Virus record (IMG/VR): IMGVR_UViG_3300016484_000735
Coordinates: 78,418 to 135,176 of that record
Origin: a virus
Length of the DNA: 56,759 bases
Reading direction: 5' to 3' (one strand)
In this document: positions 37,590 to 46,378 of the stretch, one piece after another
How positions within the stretch are numbered: position 1 is the first letter of the stretch
Layout: each line of letters opens with the position of its first letter
The notes under the pieces: model-generated
What the model saw: the letters and a program-made list of their open reading frames with translations, nothing else
Told to the model about the DNA's origin: nothing
The model's database searches: none
Translations under genes and position numbers: made by a program

Positions 37590-38130
37590 ACTGAACGACC
37601 GCATCCTCCGGTTCGACGGGATCTCGATCATCGAACCGGAGCTGGCTGCCAAGGCTCTCGTCCGCGGCATCCCGCCTTCTGCCCTCCGTGTCTCTCACGT
37701 CACGGAGGAGATCGCGTTGTTCAACGCGCAAGTCACTGAAGCGGAGCAGATCCTCGAGGCTACCGATCACCCGGTGGTCCTCACAATGGACTGGCTCCTG
37801 CCGGAGTCGTATCAAGACCTCGATCTTGACGCATACGTCCTAGGTCTGTTCGAATCGAAGCTCCAGAAGTTCGCAGCGAAGTACTCAGAAGCTGAACTCG
37901 AAGAAGCGATTCAGCGTCTTGACCTCGAGCTTCACGAAGTGAAGCGACGCGGGATGTCTGAGTTCTTGAAGACGATCATCTACATCCTCGACACGTTCCG
38001 GGCGAACGATCAGGTCTGGGGTGTCGGCCGCGGATCCTCTTGCGCTTGCTACATCCTGTACGTCCTCGGATTGCACTCGGTCGATTGCATTCGGCATCAG
38101 ATCCCGATGACCGAATTCTTTCACGATTGA
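37570..38130 (+). CDS. DnaE (Pol III alpha)-like N-terminal palm fragment
   Basis: RL..EL.....G....L......D.......WGVGRGSS....LY.LG...VD...Q.P..EF matches the DnaE GPGRGS..AYAL.IT..DP....FERF region. Confidence 0.8.
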   Translation: MQSLRTELNDRILRFDGISIIEPELAAKALVRGIPPSALRVSHVTEEIALFNAQVTEAEQILEATDHPVVLTMDWLLPESYQDLDLDAYVLGLFESKLQKFAAKYSEAELEEAIQRLDLELHEVKRRGMSEFLKTIIYILDTFRANDQVWGVGRGSSCACYILYVLGLHSVDCIRHQIPMTEFFHD

Positions 38131-38190
38131 AATTCTAGGCATAAATATAGAGCGGTCTCATGCCGACCGTGAACACGTGGAGAACTATAC

Positions 38191-38424
38191 ATGGCGCACA
38201 GGATTCGTTCCGCTCGCGGTGAAGTCGTCGACTTTGAACTGCTGGCAATCAAAGCACAACTCGCAGCAACTCCGGCCCCGAAGGTCGTTGAAGAACGGAA
38301 GCAAGCGATCGATGAGAAGGACGGTGTTCGCACGGACGTCGTTCAGGACGTCGACTTCCTCTCTGCTTCCATCGAGGCTGCCTCGGCTTCTGCTTCCGTC
38401 GGGAAGCAACTCAAGAAGAAGTGA
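38191..38424 (+). CDS. Hypothetical protein
   Basis: GGAG RBS; late promoter at 38142. Confidence 0.7.
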   Translation: MAHRIRSARGEVVDFELLAIKAQLAATPAPKVVEERKQAIDEKDGVRTDVVQDVDFLSASIEAASASASVGKQLKKK

Positions 38425-38466
38425 TCTTCTTCTGAACCATACCCATACATCATAAGGAACTTCCAC

Positions 38467-38796
38467 ATGGCAACGATTCGACCACTGAACAACAACATCA
38501 TGTTCCAGTTCCTGGAGCAGACCGGAGGCAAGAAGGGCGTATTCCAAGAGGACGCTCGCGCTTCCGGAATCATCATCGTTGCTTCGAACGACAAGCAGAA
38601 GGTTCATCGCTGGGCAGAAGTCCTGGCAGTCGGACCGAAGGTCGACGGCGTCGTCCCTGGCGACTTCATCCTGATCGAAGCGCTGATGTGGATGGAAGGC
38701 ACTGAGGTCGACGGCGTTCGCATGTGGAAGACCGACGATTCGAAGGTTCTGGCAGTCACGAACGATCGAGCGTCCTGCCAGGCCCAAGCTCTCTGA
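38467..38796 (+). CDS. groES: Co-chaperonin GroES-like
   Basis: IRPL, SGIII mobile loop, AEVLAVGP, V.PGD.IL, ..D..VLAV. Confidence 0.8.
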   Translation: MATIRPLNNNIMFQFLEQTGGKKGVFQEDARASGIIIVASNDKQKVHRWAEVLAVGPKVDGVVPGDFILIEALMWMEGTEVDGVRMWKTDDSKVLAVTNDRASCQAQAL

Positions 38797-38826
38797 TTGA
38801 TCCGCTGCGGCGGGTGAAAGTCCCAG

Positions 38827-40152
38827 ATGTTCTTCGCACTTCTCACGTTCTTCGCAGCGTTCTCCATCGAATTCCTCGGCACGTACGTGTCGGTGATCGG
38901 GCTCTCGGCCCTGTTCGGGTCGAACCCTGTGATCATCTCGCTTGCCATCGGTCTTGACCTTGGCAAGCTCATCGTCGTTTCGCTCCTGTACAAACACTGG
39001 GAGCGCCTTGGAGTATTCATGCGTTCGTACGCCCTCGTTGCTGCCATCGTCACGATGGTGATTACTTCTGCTGGTGCTGCTGGGTACCTTTCTGGCGAGT
39101 TCCAGAAGGCGATCACCGGCACACAAGAGATCACTCTTCAAGTTGATACGCTGAAGGCGCAGCAAGCGAAGTACGAAGAGCGGAAGAAGCAGATCGATGA
39201 TCAGATCGCTGCGATCCCTGAGAAGTATTCGGCGAACCAACGCATTCGCCTGATGAACCAGTTCAAGGCTGAGCAGGCAGACCTTCAAGCTAAGATCGCG
39301 AAGATTGACACCGAGCTGCCAGAACTTCAAGCGAAGCAGATCAGCGTGAACGCGAAGGCCGGACCGATCCTGACGATCGCGAAGTCGTTCGACATCACCG
39401 TTGAAGAAGCGATCAAGTGGGTGATCGCTGCCGTGATCCTCGTGTTCGACCCGTTGGCAGTGTTCCTCGTGATCGCCGGGAACTTCCTGTGGCGTCTGTA
39501 CAAGGAGACACCGAAGGAACAGCCGAAGCCGCTCGTGCCTGAAGAGCTGGTTGTTGAAGCCGAAGCTGTGCCAGCCACACCAATCGTCCTGCCGGAGCCA
39601 ATGCCAGAACCAGCCCCGAACCTGGTCGCTGACGGGACGCTTCGTCCGAACGGTGATGTGATCGAACGGTTCGAGGATGGTGAGTGGAAGCCAATGGAAC
39701 TGCCGAAGGCGAAGACGTTCATCCGTCAGCGTCGTACTGTTCCTCGTCGTGAGCGGAAGTTCATCGGACCGGTCGTGAACGGCGTCCCGCTGGCAGAACA
39801 GCCGGAAGCGGTCATCGAAGCGCCAATCATTGATCCGGTCGTCGAGGCGCCAGCGGACGCACCAGTACCGGTGATCGATGCCGAGCCGATCACAGCTGCG
39901 CCAGCCGTCGCCGAAGTAGCGGCTGCTGCCGAGCCGACATTGAACCCGATCGTGAAGCCGGAGGTCCATCCGATCCGTCGCACGATGGTGAACGCGAACG
40001 GCGTCCGCGTGCCGGTTCGTGACGTTGAACCACAGCGCGAGCAGATCACGCTGTCATCGCTCGGTGCCGTGAAGGCAGATCCAAAGACGATCACGGATGT
40101 CGGCGCGTTGGATCCGTCGGTCCGACCAGACATCTTCCCGCCGAAGGGTTGA
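38827..40152 (+). CDS. Multi-pass membrane protein with coiled coil and Pro/Ala/Glu-rich tail
   Basis: Three N-terminal TMs, a coiled coil, and a VFDPLAV TM. Confidence 0.75.
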   Translation: MFFALLTFFAAFSIEFLGTYVSVIGLSALFGSNPVIISLAIGLDLGKLIVVSLLYKHWERLGVFMRSYALVAAIVTMVITSAGAAGYLSGEFQKAITGTQEITLQVDTLKAQQAKYEERKKQIDDQIAAIPEKYSANQRIRLMNQFKAEQADLQAKIAKIDTELPELQAKQISVNAKAGPILTIAKSFDITVEEAIKWVIAAVILVFDPLAVFLVIAGNFLWRLYKETPKEQPKPLVPEELVVEAEAVPATPIVLPEPMPEPAPNLVADGTLRPNGDVIERFEDGEWKPMELPKAKTFIRQRRTVPRRERKFIGPVVNGVPLAEQPEAVIEAPIIDPVVEAPADAPVPVIDAEPITAAPAVAEVAAAAEPTLNPIVKPEVHPIRRTMVNANGVRVPVRDVEPQREQITLSSLGAVKADPKTITDVGALDPSVRPDIFPPKG

Positions 40153-40226
40153 TCCTGGATCGAGGTTCGTACCCCAACCTCAATGGGGTACAATGTTTCT
40201 GTACATCAACTTTCTAAGGTTTGCCA

Positions 40227-41141
40227 ATGATCAACAAGGTCTGGGTCGAGAAGCATCGCCCGCGTTCTGTCGAGAACGTGATCATGCCCGACGAACGCAC
40301 GCGTAAGATCTTCGCTGGGTACGTGAAGTCCGGCGAGATCCCGAACATTCTGATGTACGGCGGTCCCGGCACCGGCAAGACATCGATGTCACAAGCGCTG
40401 ATCCGTGACCTGGGCGTCGAGAAGATGGACGTCCTGAAGGTGAACTGCTCGGACGAGAAGATCGACGCCCTCCGCGACAAGGTCAAGGGGTTCGCTACCA
40501 CGATGGCGATGGGGAAGTTCAAGGTCGTCCGCCTCGAGGAGTTCGACTATCTGAACCACGAAGCACAAGCGCTGCTTCGCGCTCTGATCGAAGAAGTCTC
40601 GGGTTCGTGCCGGTTCATCGCGACGTGTAACTACATCGCGAAGGTCACCCCGCCGCTCCGCTCCCGCTTCCAAGAGTTCCAGATCTCGGCACCGGCTCGT
40701 GAAGACGTGATCGTGCTCGCTGCCGAGATCCTCGAAGCCGAGGGTGTGAAGTTCAAGGAAGCAGATCTCGAGAACGTCGTCGCTGCTGCGTACCCCGATG
40801 TCCGCAAGATGATCCAGCTCCTCGAGGGTTCCTCGATCAGCGGGAAGCTCGTGCTCGGTTCCGCCGATGCCGTGGCTGACTGGAAGCTGGACCTGCTGCC
40901 TGCGCTGGAAGCTGGTGATCTGGCTGCCGCTCGGAAGATCGTGTGCGAATCGGCGACCGAGCAAGAGCTCGGCGAAGTGTACCGGTTCCTGTTCGACAAC
41001 ATCCATCGGGTGAAGAAGCTCAAGGGCAAGATCGATGACGCGATCGTTCTGATCGCCGAGTACCAGTACAAGCACGCGTTCGTCGCCGACAAGGAGATCA
41101 ACGTCGCTGCGCTGTTCATCGAGATCGGGATGCTGGCATGA
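40227..41141 (+). CDS. Clamp loader AAA+ subunit (gp44/RFC-like)
   Basis: WVEKHRP, GGPGTGKT, EEFDYL, ALLRALIE, CRFIATCNY, LRSR. Confidence 0.92.
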   Translation: MINKVWVEKHRPRSVENVIMPDERTRKIFAGYVKSGEIPNILMYGGPGTGKTSMSQALIRDLGVEKMDVLKVNCSDEKIDALRDKVKGFATTMAMGKFKVVRLEEFDYLNHEAQALLRALIEEVSGSCRFIATCNYIAKVTPPLRSRFQEFQISAPAREDVIVLAAEILEAEGVKFKEADLENVVAAAYPDVRKMIQLLEGSSISGKLVLGSADAVADWKLDLLPALEAGDLAAARKIVCESATEQELGEVYRFLFDNIHRVKKLKGKIDDAIVLIAEYQYKHAFVADKEINVAALFIEIGMLA

Positions 41142-41332
41142 CCGTGAACCTCACGTACTTCCGGATCGCCGAGATGAAGATCGTGCATGGTGATACCGGT
41201 TCGATCGCTGAACAAGTGAACAACATGATCGCTCAAGGCTGGCAACCCTGGGGCGATCTGATCGTCAAGAACGGAGCGCTGATTCAGGCGCTCGTGAAGC
41301 TGGAACCCCTGCGAGGAGAAGATGATGAGTGA
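41138..41332 (+). CDS. Small protein (DUF1737-like)
   Basis: VN..IAQGWQPWG...QA.VK pattern. Confidence 0.6.
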   Translation: MTVNLTYFRIAEMKIVHGDTGSIAEQVNNMIAQGWQPWGDLIVKNGALIQALVKLEPLRGEDDE

Positions 41333-41612
41333 GATGATTGACCACGGCGACCACCAGCACACGCCTGAAGAAATGATGCGCGCGTACGCTATGGAAGCGA
41401 TGCAGCTGGCTGATCGAGTTCAGTCGCTGTCGTTCTCGAACGCGATCCTCCGTCGTGCGCTGCACACCGTCCTAACTCGGAACGGCGAGGACCTTGTGAA
41501 CGTTGATCTGGGTGAGCTCTCGTCGCTGATGACGGATGACGAAGGCGACGAGATCCGCATCGTCTCGTTGTACGTGAATGGCGACGAGATCGACATCCGA
41601 AAGGCTGACTGA
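41322..41612 (+). CDS. Hypothetical protein
   Basis: Overlapping ORF; GAGGAG RBS. Confidence 0.6.
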   Translation: MMSEMIDHGDHQHTPEEMMRAYAMEAMQLADRVQSLSFSNAILRRALHTVLTRNGEDLVNVDLGELSSLMTDDEGDEIRIVSLYVNGDEIDIRKAD

Positions 41613-42154
41613 TGGCGAACCCGTTCGTTGAAGACGTCGCTGGTCCGGCGGCAGCTCTCTCGCGTTCGGGTGGTCTGACCTGGTTCGACGGGCTCTCCGA
41701 GGAGAAGCAGAAGAAGCTCTCGGTGTTCATGATCGCTCGGATGATGGCCGGGACGAACGACCCGGTGCACCTGATCCGTCTGAACACTGTGTTCAACCCG
41801 TACCACTTCGGCGACAAGGCGAACGGCGTCCTGGACCTGCGGAAGCAGGATCAGATGAAGCTGCTCGCCGTGGCTGCGAACCACGGTCGGAAGGTCTCGT
41901 ACCGCTGGATCAAGGGACCAGGTCGAAAGGCCTCGAACACCGTGCTAGAATGCATCTGTCAGTACTACGAATGTTCGGCCCGTGAGGCAGCTACATACAA
42001 GGTACAGGCTGAGACCCTAGAACAGATGGCAGAAGAGCTCGGCTGGGACAAGGACCAGATCGCGAAGCTCAAGAAGGAGTGTGACGATGGATCGGGAAGC
42101 GCTGCGAAAGCAAGCAGCAAGCCGGCGAAGCCGGGACGTGGAAAGCGAGCCTGA
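41612..42154 (+). CDS. Possible clamp loader small subunit (gp62-like)
   Basis: F..L...QKK.S.FM..R.M and YYECS.REA..Y; position near gp44. Confidence 0.5.
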   Translation: MANPFVEDVAGPAAALSRSGGLTWFDGLSEEKQKKLSVFMIARMMAGTNDPVHLIRLNTVFNPYHFGDKANGVLDLRKQDQMKLLAVAANHGRKVSYRWIKGPGRKASNTVLECICQYYECSAREAATYKVQAETLEQMAEELGWDKDQIAKLKKECDDGSGSAAKASSKPAKPGRGKRA

Positions 42155-42839
42155 GGCACCGAAGAAGCCGGTGTGGCGGTGCGAGTTCTGCGCACGTTCC
42201 TTCGTGAACGAGACACCGTTCATGAACCATCGGTGCAAGGAGCGTGAACGGATCGAAGAACTGAAGGGTGCGATCGGGCAGGCAGCGTACGCTCACTACA
42301 GTGAGTGGATGCGCTCGTCGAAGAAGAGCGTCCCGCCGATCGAGACGTTCGCGACTTCGAAGCTGTACAGCACGTTCGTGAAGTTCGCAGAGCACGCAGC
42401 GAAGACGAACATCCCGAACGTGAAGCAGTTCATCAAGCTCATGATCTCGCACGGGAATGTGTCGCCGGCGCTGTGGTGTCGTGACAACGTGTACGCGATG
42501 TACCTTGAGTGGTACGATGAAGCGTACCCCCCAGAGGTCCAGGTGCTTGAGTCTCTCGAGTTCTTGAAGGAGCTCGTGAAGGACTACGATGCGACACCGG
42601 CGACTGTGTTCAGCGAGGTCCCAGTGGACACGCTGGTCACGCACATCAAGCGGCGCAAGATCAGCCCGTGGTTCCTGGCATCGTCGAAGGTGTTCCGTGA
42701 CCACACTCGCACGTGCCCGCCAGAGGAGAAGGATAAGCTCGAACGAGCGATGAACATGGGAGCGATGATCGCTCGGATTCAGAAGGACGCGGGTCTGTTC
42801 GCGTTCTTCAACCGAGTCACTCTGTCCGAAGGGTTCTGA
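42087..42839 (+). CDS. Zn-finger replication-cluster protein
   Basis: CEFC..F......HRC near the N-terminus; ISPW motif. Confidence 0.65.
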   Translation: MDREALRKQAASRRSRDVESEPEAPKKPVWRCEFCARSFVNETPFMNHRCKERERIEELKGAIGQAAYAHYSEWMRSSKKSVPPIETFATSKLYSTFVKFAEHAAKTNIPNVKQFIKLMISHGNVSPALWCRDNVYAMYLEWYDEAYPPEVQVLESLEFLKELVKDYDATPATVFSEVPVDTLVTHIKRRKISPWFLASSKVFRDHTRTCPPEEKDKLERAMNMGAMIARIQKDAGLFAFFNRVTLSEGF

Positions 42840-43078
42840 TGCCGCAGCGGATGTTCAGAACGATGCCGCCGGATGTCGCGAGGTTCTACCACACGATCGT
42901 GAATCGCGCGCTCCTAAACATTCTCGCTGTGAAGCTCGGGATCTTTGATACAATCTTCTGTCAGTCGGTTGATCCGACAGTGTACTCTCGCTGGGAGCAG
43001 AAGCTGCCAGGAATTTTGACCGAGATCGAACTCAGACAAGGACCAGCAAGTGGACGTAGACGTCGACGTACCGACTAA
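42839..43078 (+). CDS. Hypothetical protein
   Basis: TGATG coupling; overlaps the next gene by 29 nt. Confidence 0.5.
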   Translation: MPQRMFRTMPPDVARFYHTIVNRALLNILAVKLGIFDTIFCQSVDPTVYSRWEQKLPGILTEIELRQGPASGRRRRRTD

Positions 43079-43622
43079 CTTCGATTCGATGAAGGTGTTC
43101 CCGAAGTGGACGCGGGCTGCCGTGGTTCGTGACGGGAAGATCACATCGCATCCGTGCGGTGTGTACCCACAAGCGATCCCACGCGATCCGATGACCTCGT
43201 TCAGTGCGATCCCGTACACCGAAGCCGAAGAGCTCGGGTACTTGAAGGTCGACTTCCTGCACGTGTCAGCGTACAACAAGTTCAAGTCCCGTCAAGAGAT
43301 CGACGAGCTCATGGACAAGGAACCCGACTGGTCGCTCCTACAGATCAGCTCAACTTGGTCGAAGCTCTTTCAGCTCTCGAAGCACGGCGAGCTTCTGTCG
43401 AACCTGAAGCCGAAGACGATCGCCGAGCTCGCGGACTGCATGGCGTTGATCCGTCCAGGCAAGAAGGCACTGCTCGGTCTGTACATGAAGAACCGAGCCG
43501 AGGCACGTAAGGCACTGTACTCGAAGGACGAGAACGGGTATAGCTTCAAGAAGAGTCACGCGTTCGCGTACGCGTACGTGGTGTGGCTACAACTGCACCT
43601 GATCGAGCAGGGTCGTCTGTGA
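43050..43622 (+). CDS. DnaE (Pol III alpha)-like catalytic palm/fingers fragment
   Basis: DVDVD, HPCGVY, GYLKVDFL, LFQL, ALIRPG, GYSFKKSHAFAY. Confidence 0.85.
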   Translation: MDVDVDVPTNFDSMKVFPKWTRAAVVRDGKITSHPCGVYPQAIPRDPMTSFSAIPYTEAEELGYLKVDFLHVSAYNKFKSRQEIDELMDKEPDWSLLQISSTWSKLFQLSKHGELLSNLKPKTIAELADCMALIRPGKKALLGLYMKNRAEARKALYSKDENGYSFKKSHAFAYAYVVWLQLHLIEQGRL

Positions 43623-43625
43623 CTT

Positions 43626-43686
43626 TGTAACGACGCAGGCCCTGTTACAATTTTGTTGTTTACGAACTCGGAGTTCGTGTTATGAT
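43626..43686 (+). promoter_or_regulatory. Paired-box promoter, copy 5
   Basis: TGTAAC 43626, GTTACA 43644, GTTTAC, TGnTATGAT at 43681. Confidence 0.75.
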
Positions 43687-43696
43687 GGAGACATCG

Positions 43697-43876
43697 ATGA
43701 AGCTCAGTCGCAAGAAGCGTGAACGGATGCTGGAGATCCTGCAAGGCAAGGTTCCAGTGAACGAGATCACCGACAAGGAGATGCAGTTCTTGCAAGAGCG
43801 GATCATGGAAGGCATCGCCGTGAAGCGTGCCGAGGCCCAACAAGTCGTCTTCCGAGAACACAGGACACTGCAATGA
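43697..43876 (+). CDS. Hypothetical protein
   Basis: Short basic ORF after promoter copy 5; ATGA overlap with the next gene. Confidence 0.6.
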   Translation: MKLSRKKRERMLEILQGKVPVNEITDKEMQFLQERIMEGIAVKRAEAQQVVFREHRTLQ

Positions 43877-44946
43877 AATTCGTACCCACTGATGGCAAGG
43901 ACGTGATGTTCGTTGTCGAGTACGGCTCGAAGCTGTACGGCACGAACACGCCGACTTCCGATACCGACTACAAGGTCGTGTACCTGCCGGACCTGAGCGA
44001 CGTGCTGCTCGGCAAGAAGATGGTGAGCACGAAGGTTCGCTTCGACGCCGAAGGCAAGAAACTCACCGACGACAACCAGCCGATGCCGGCGAACGGCGTC
44101 GAATGCGAGTTCGTTCCGTTCCAGACGTTCGTCCGTGAATTCGTCCGTGGCCAGACGTACGCTGTGGAATGCGCGTACGCTCTGCTGACGCAGGGCCCGA
44201 GCGCGCCGGATGCGGCGTCGGTTCGTGAACACGAGCTGCTCGTCGAGATGGTCGATCGGTTCTCGAACTCGAGCGTGTACTCGATGGTCTCGTTCGCTCA
44301 GAAGCAGACGTTCGACTACGTTCGTCGCGGTGAGCGGAAGGCCGAGGCCGAGCTCGTTCTGGCTGCGTTCGACACGGTGCTCTCGGTGTTCGACAAGAAC
44401 CAGTCGGCCTCAGCCTCGAAGTTCGAGCCGCGACTCGATACGCCGTGGAACGGGAAGACCGTGCTGGATCACGTGGTCTCGGTCACCGGCCTGAAGGTCG
44501 GGCAGTCGGTGAACAACAACAAGGCTCAACGGACTCTCGAACTGAACGGGCGGAGCTACCTCGAGTCGACGACGGTGCGTCACGTTCGTGATCAGGTGCA
44601 GAAGACCGTGGGCGCGTACGGTGACCGTACCGATGCCGCTTCGAAGAAGGGTGTCGACACGAAGTCGCTGAGCCACGCGGTTCGCGTGTACCAACAGTCG
44701 CTGGAACTCCTGGCGACCGGGAAAGTCTCGTTCCCGCGGCCGAACGCTGCTGAACTGCTCGCGGTGAAGCAAGGTGTCACGCCGCTGGAAGAAGTGAAGA
44801 AGCTGCTCGTCGAGCTTGACGATCAGGTGCTCAAGGCGCAGGCTGAGTCGACGGTTCGTCCTCGGACTCCGGAACTGGAGGCTGAAGCTGAACAATGGCT
44901 GCTTGGAGCGCTTCGAGAGCTTTACGATCTTCCGAAGAGCGCTTGA
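43873..44946 (+). CDS. Pol-beta-fold nucleotidyltransferase (RlaP-like)
   Basis: YGSKLYGTNTPTSDTDYK (GS..DxD); D.K...HAVR..Q..ELL.TG...FPRP. Confidence 0.8.
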   Translation: MKFVPTDGKDVMFVVEYGSKLYGTNTPTSDTDYKVVYLPDLSDVLLGKKMVSTKVRFDAEGKKLTDDNQPMPANGVECEFVPFQTFVREFVRGQTYAVECAYALLTQGPSAPDAASVREHELLVEMVDRFSNSSVYSMVSFAQKQTFDYVRRGERKAEAELVLAAFDTVLSVFDKNQSASASKFEPRLDTPWNGKTVLDHVVSVTGLKVGQSVNNNKAQRTLELNGRSYLESTTVRHVRDQVQKTVGAYGDRTDAASKKGVDTKSLSHAVRVYQQSLELLATGKVSFPRPNAAELLAVKQGVTPLEEVKKLLVELDDQVLKAQAESTVRPRTPELEAEAEQWLLGALRELYDLPKSA

Positions 44947-45361
44947 GGCGAATCTCCGTCCCCGCCGGGATCAACGATACTCGGCGGCGACGGATCTTCG
45001 GTGCCTCTTCGAAGTTGTACCGGAAGTCGCAGCCAATCAGACGAGTGACGTGAGTGAGTTCGAACGTCTTGTAGATCCGGTTCGCTGCCGGTGTCACACC
45101 GAGACGTGAGAACTCGAAGCTCAGTGGGTAATCAGATGATCCGCGGTAGAACCAGTACGTGATTACGTTCATCAGCTGCTTCAGATCGAGCTGTTCTTGT
45201 TGAGCATAGTCGAGAACGTACGCGCCGACTTCTTCGGATGTGATGTTGTCGACGATCACAAGGTAGTTCTTCCGGCGGTACTCGATCACGCTCAGAAAGA
45301 ACAGGTTCCCCGAGTCCGAGGCGTACTCGACGATCAGGTTAGGAATTCGCTTCTTCGCCAA
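44831..45361 (-). CDS. Hypothetical protein (only convincing minus-strand gene)
   Basis: TTG start with AGGAG RBS and CATAAATA late promoter on the minus strand; phage-like codon usage. Confidence 0.75.
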   Translation of the reverse strand: MAKKRIPNLIVEYASDSGNLFFLSVIEYRRKNYLVIVDNITSEEVGAYVLDYAQQEQLDLKQLMNVITYWFYRGSSDYPLSFEFSRLGVTPAANRIYKTFELTHVTRLIGCDFRYNFEEAPKIRRRRVSLIPAGTEIRLKRSSEDRKALEALQAAIVQLQPPVPESEDEPSTQPAP

Positions 45362-45412
45362 GGGAGGCTCCTAGAGTTCTATGCGGTATTTATGATCGAG
45401 GATCCGCGAACT

Positions 45413-45473
45413 CGTAACGATGCGATTGTCGTTACAATCTTCCGGTGTACTCGGTCATAGGGCATGTTATAGT
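45413..45473 (+). promoter_or_regulatory. Paired-box promoter, copy 6
   Basis: CGTAAC 45413, GTTACA 45431, GTGTAC-17-TATAGT (45468). Confidence 0.75.
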
Positions 45474-45500
45474 TCACTCATCATCAACAAGGTCTGAACG

Positions 45501-45860
45501 ATGTCATTCACCCTGAAGCTGAACGAAGGCGCCGAGATCTCGGCGGTGCGCCTCGCCGCGTACATCAAGATGTTCCGCTATGAGATGTCGACGGCGGAAG
45601 CACTGATGCACGCCCGAGTCCTGATCGGCGGTGGTGACATGGAGATCGCGTACCTGCCGTACGGATTCAGCGACATCGCCGCACCGTGGACCGTGATCGA
45701 ACACCGTTCGCCGATCGCCCTCGAGTTCGACGAGCGATGGTCGAAGTACAACCTCGGTGAGAAGCTCGCTGAGCTCGGCGCGGAAGGCGATGCCGAGAGC
45801 GCGATCGAGTTCTGCAAGATGTTCCTCGCTGGCGACATGGCCAACTTCTGCATGGGATGA
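45501..45860 (+). CDS. Hypothetical protein
   Basis: ORF after promoter copy 6. Confidence 0.7.
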   Translation: MSFTLKLNEGAEISAVRLAAYIKMFRYEMSTAEALMHARVLIGGGDMEIAYLPYGFSDIAAPWTVIEHRSPIALEFDERWSKYNLGEKLAELGAEGDAESAIEFCKMFLAGDMANFCMG

Positions 45861-46288
45861 TCAAGATGCCTCTGAATTTGAAACAAGCCGTCTGCGTGGT
45901 CTTGCTCTCCGAGACTCCGTTCATGTATATCGCCGTCTCGCGTCGGAATGACCCGACGCAGATCGGTCTGCCAGGCGGCAAGGTCGATCCTGGCGAATCG
46001 CCAGAACAAGCGGCGATCCGCGAAACGAAGGAAGAGGTCGGTCTGATGATGGACCCTTCGCGACTCGTGCCGATCTGGGCGGGTGCATGCCCGGGTGAAG
46101 TCACGTACTGGGTCACCACGTACCTGTACTTGAATCACGTCCCTGTGAGCTCGCTGACTGCTGAGGAAGGTCTGACGATCAGCGAACGTAGCTCGCTAGA
46201 TCTTCGTGATCCTGCGATGTCGCCGTTCGCTGCGTACAACCAGGAAGTGTTCGGATCCCTCTCCGACGCCGCCGAGCAGATCTACTGA
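45857..46288 (+). CDS. Nudix hydrolase
   Basis: Nudix box GGKVDPGESPEQAAIRETKEEVGL. Confidence 0.92.
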   Translation: MIKMPLNLKQAVCVVLLSETPFMYIAVSRRNDPTQIGLPGGKVDPGESPEQAAIRETKEEVGLMMDPSRLVPIWAGACPGEVTYWVTTYLYLNHVPVSSLTAEEGLTISERSSLDLRDPAMSPFAAYNQEVFGSLSDAAEQIY

Positions 46289-46290
46289 TC

Positions 46291-46351
46291 GTTACAAGAC
46301 CTAGGATCGTTACACATTCGACGTTCACACTTACCCATGGTGTGATACAAT
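46291..46351 (+). promoter_or_regulatory. Paired-GTTACA promoter, copy 7
   Basis: GTTACA at 46291 and 46309; TGnTACAAT at 46346. Confidence 0.75.
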
Positions 46352-46378
46352 GTGTACATCATCTGGAGATACTGATAC

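Noticed and set aside
37570-43622. Split intein or intron joining the DnaE halves
   Set aside because: No C/S-starting Hint segment or HN terminus on either half; the intervening 5 kb holds ordinary genes.
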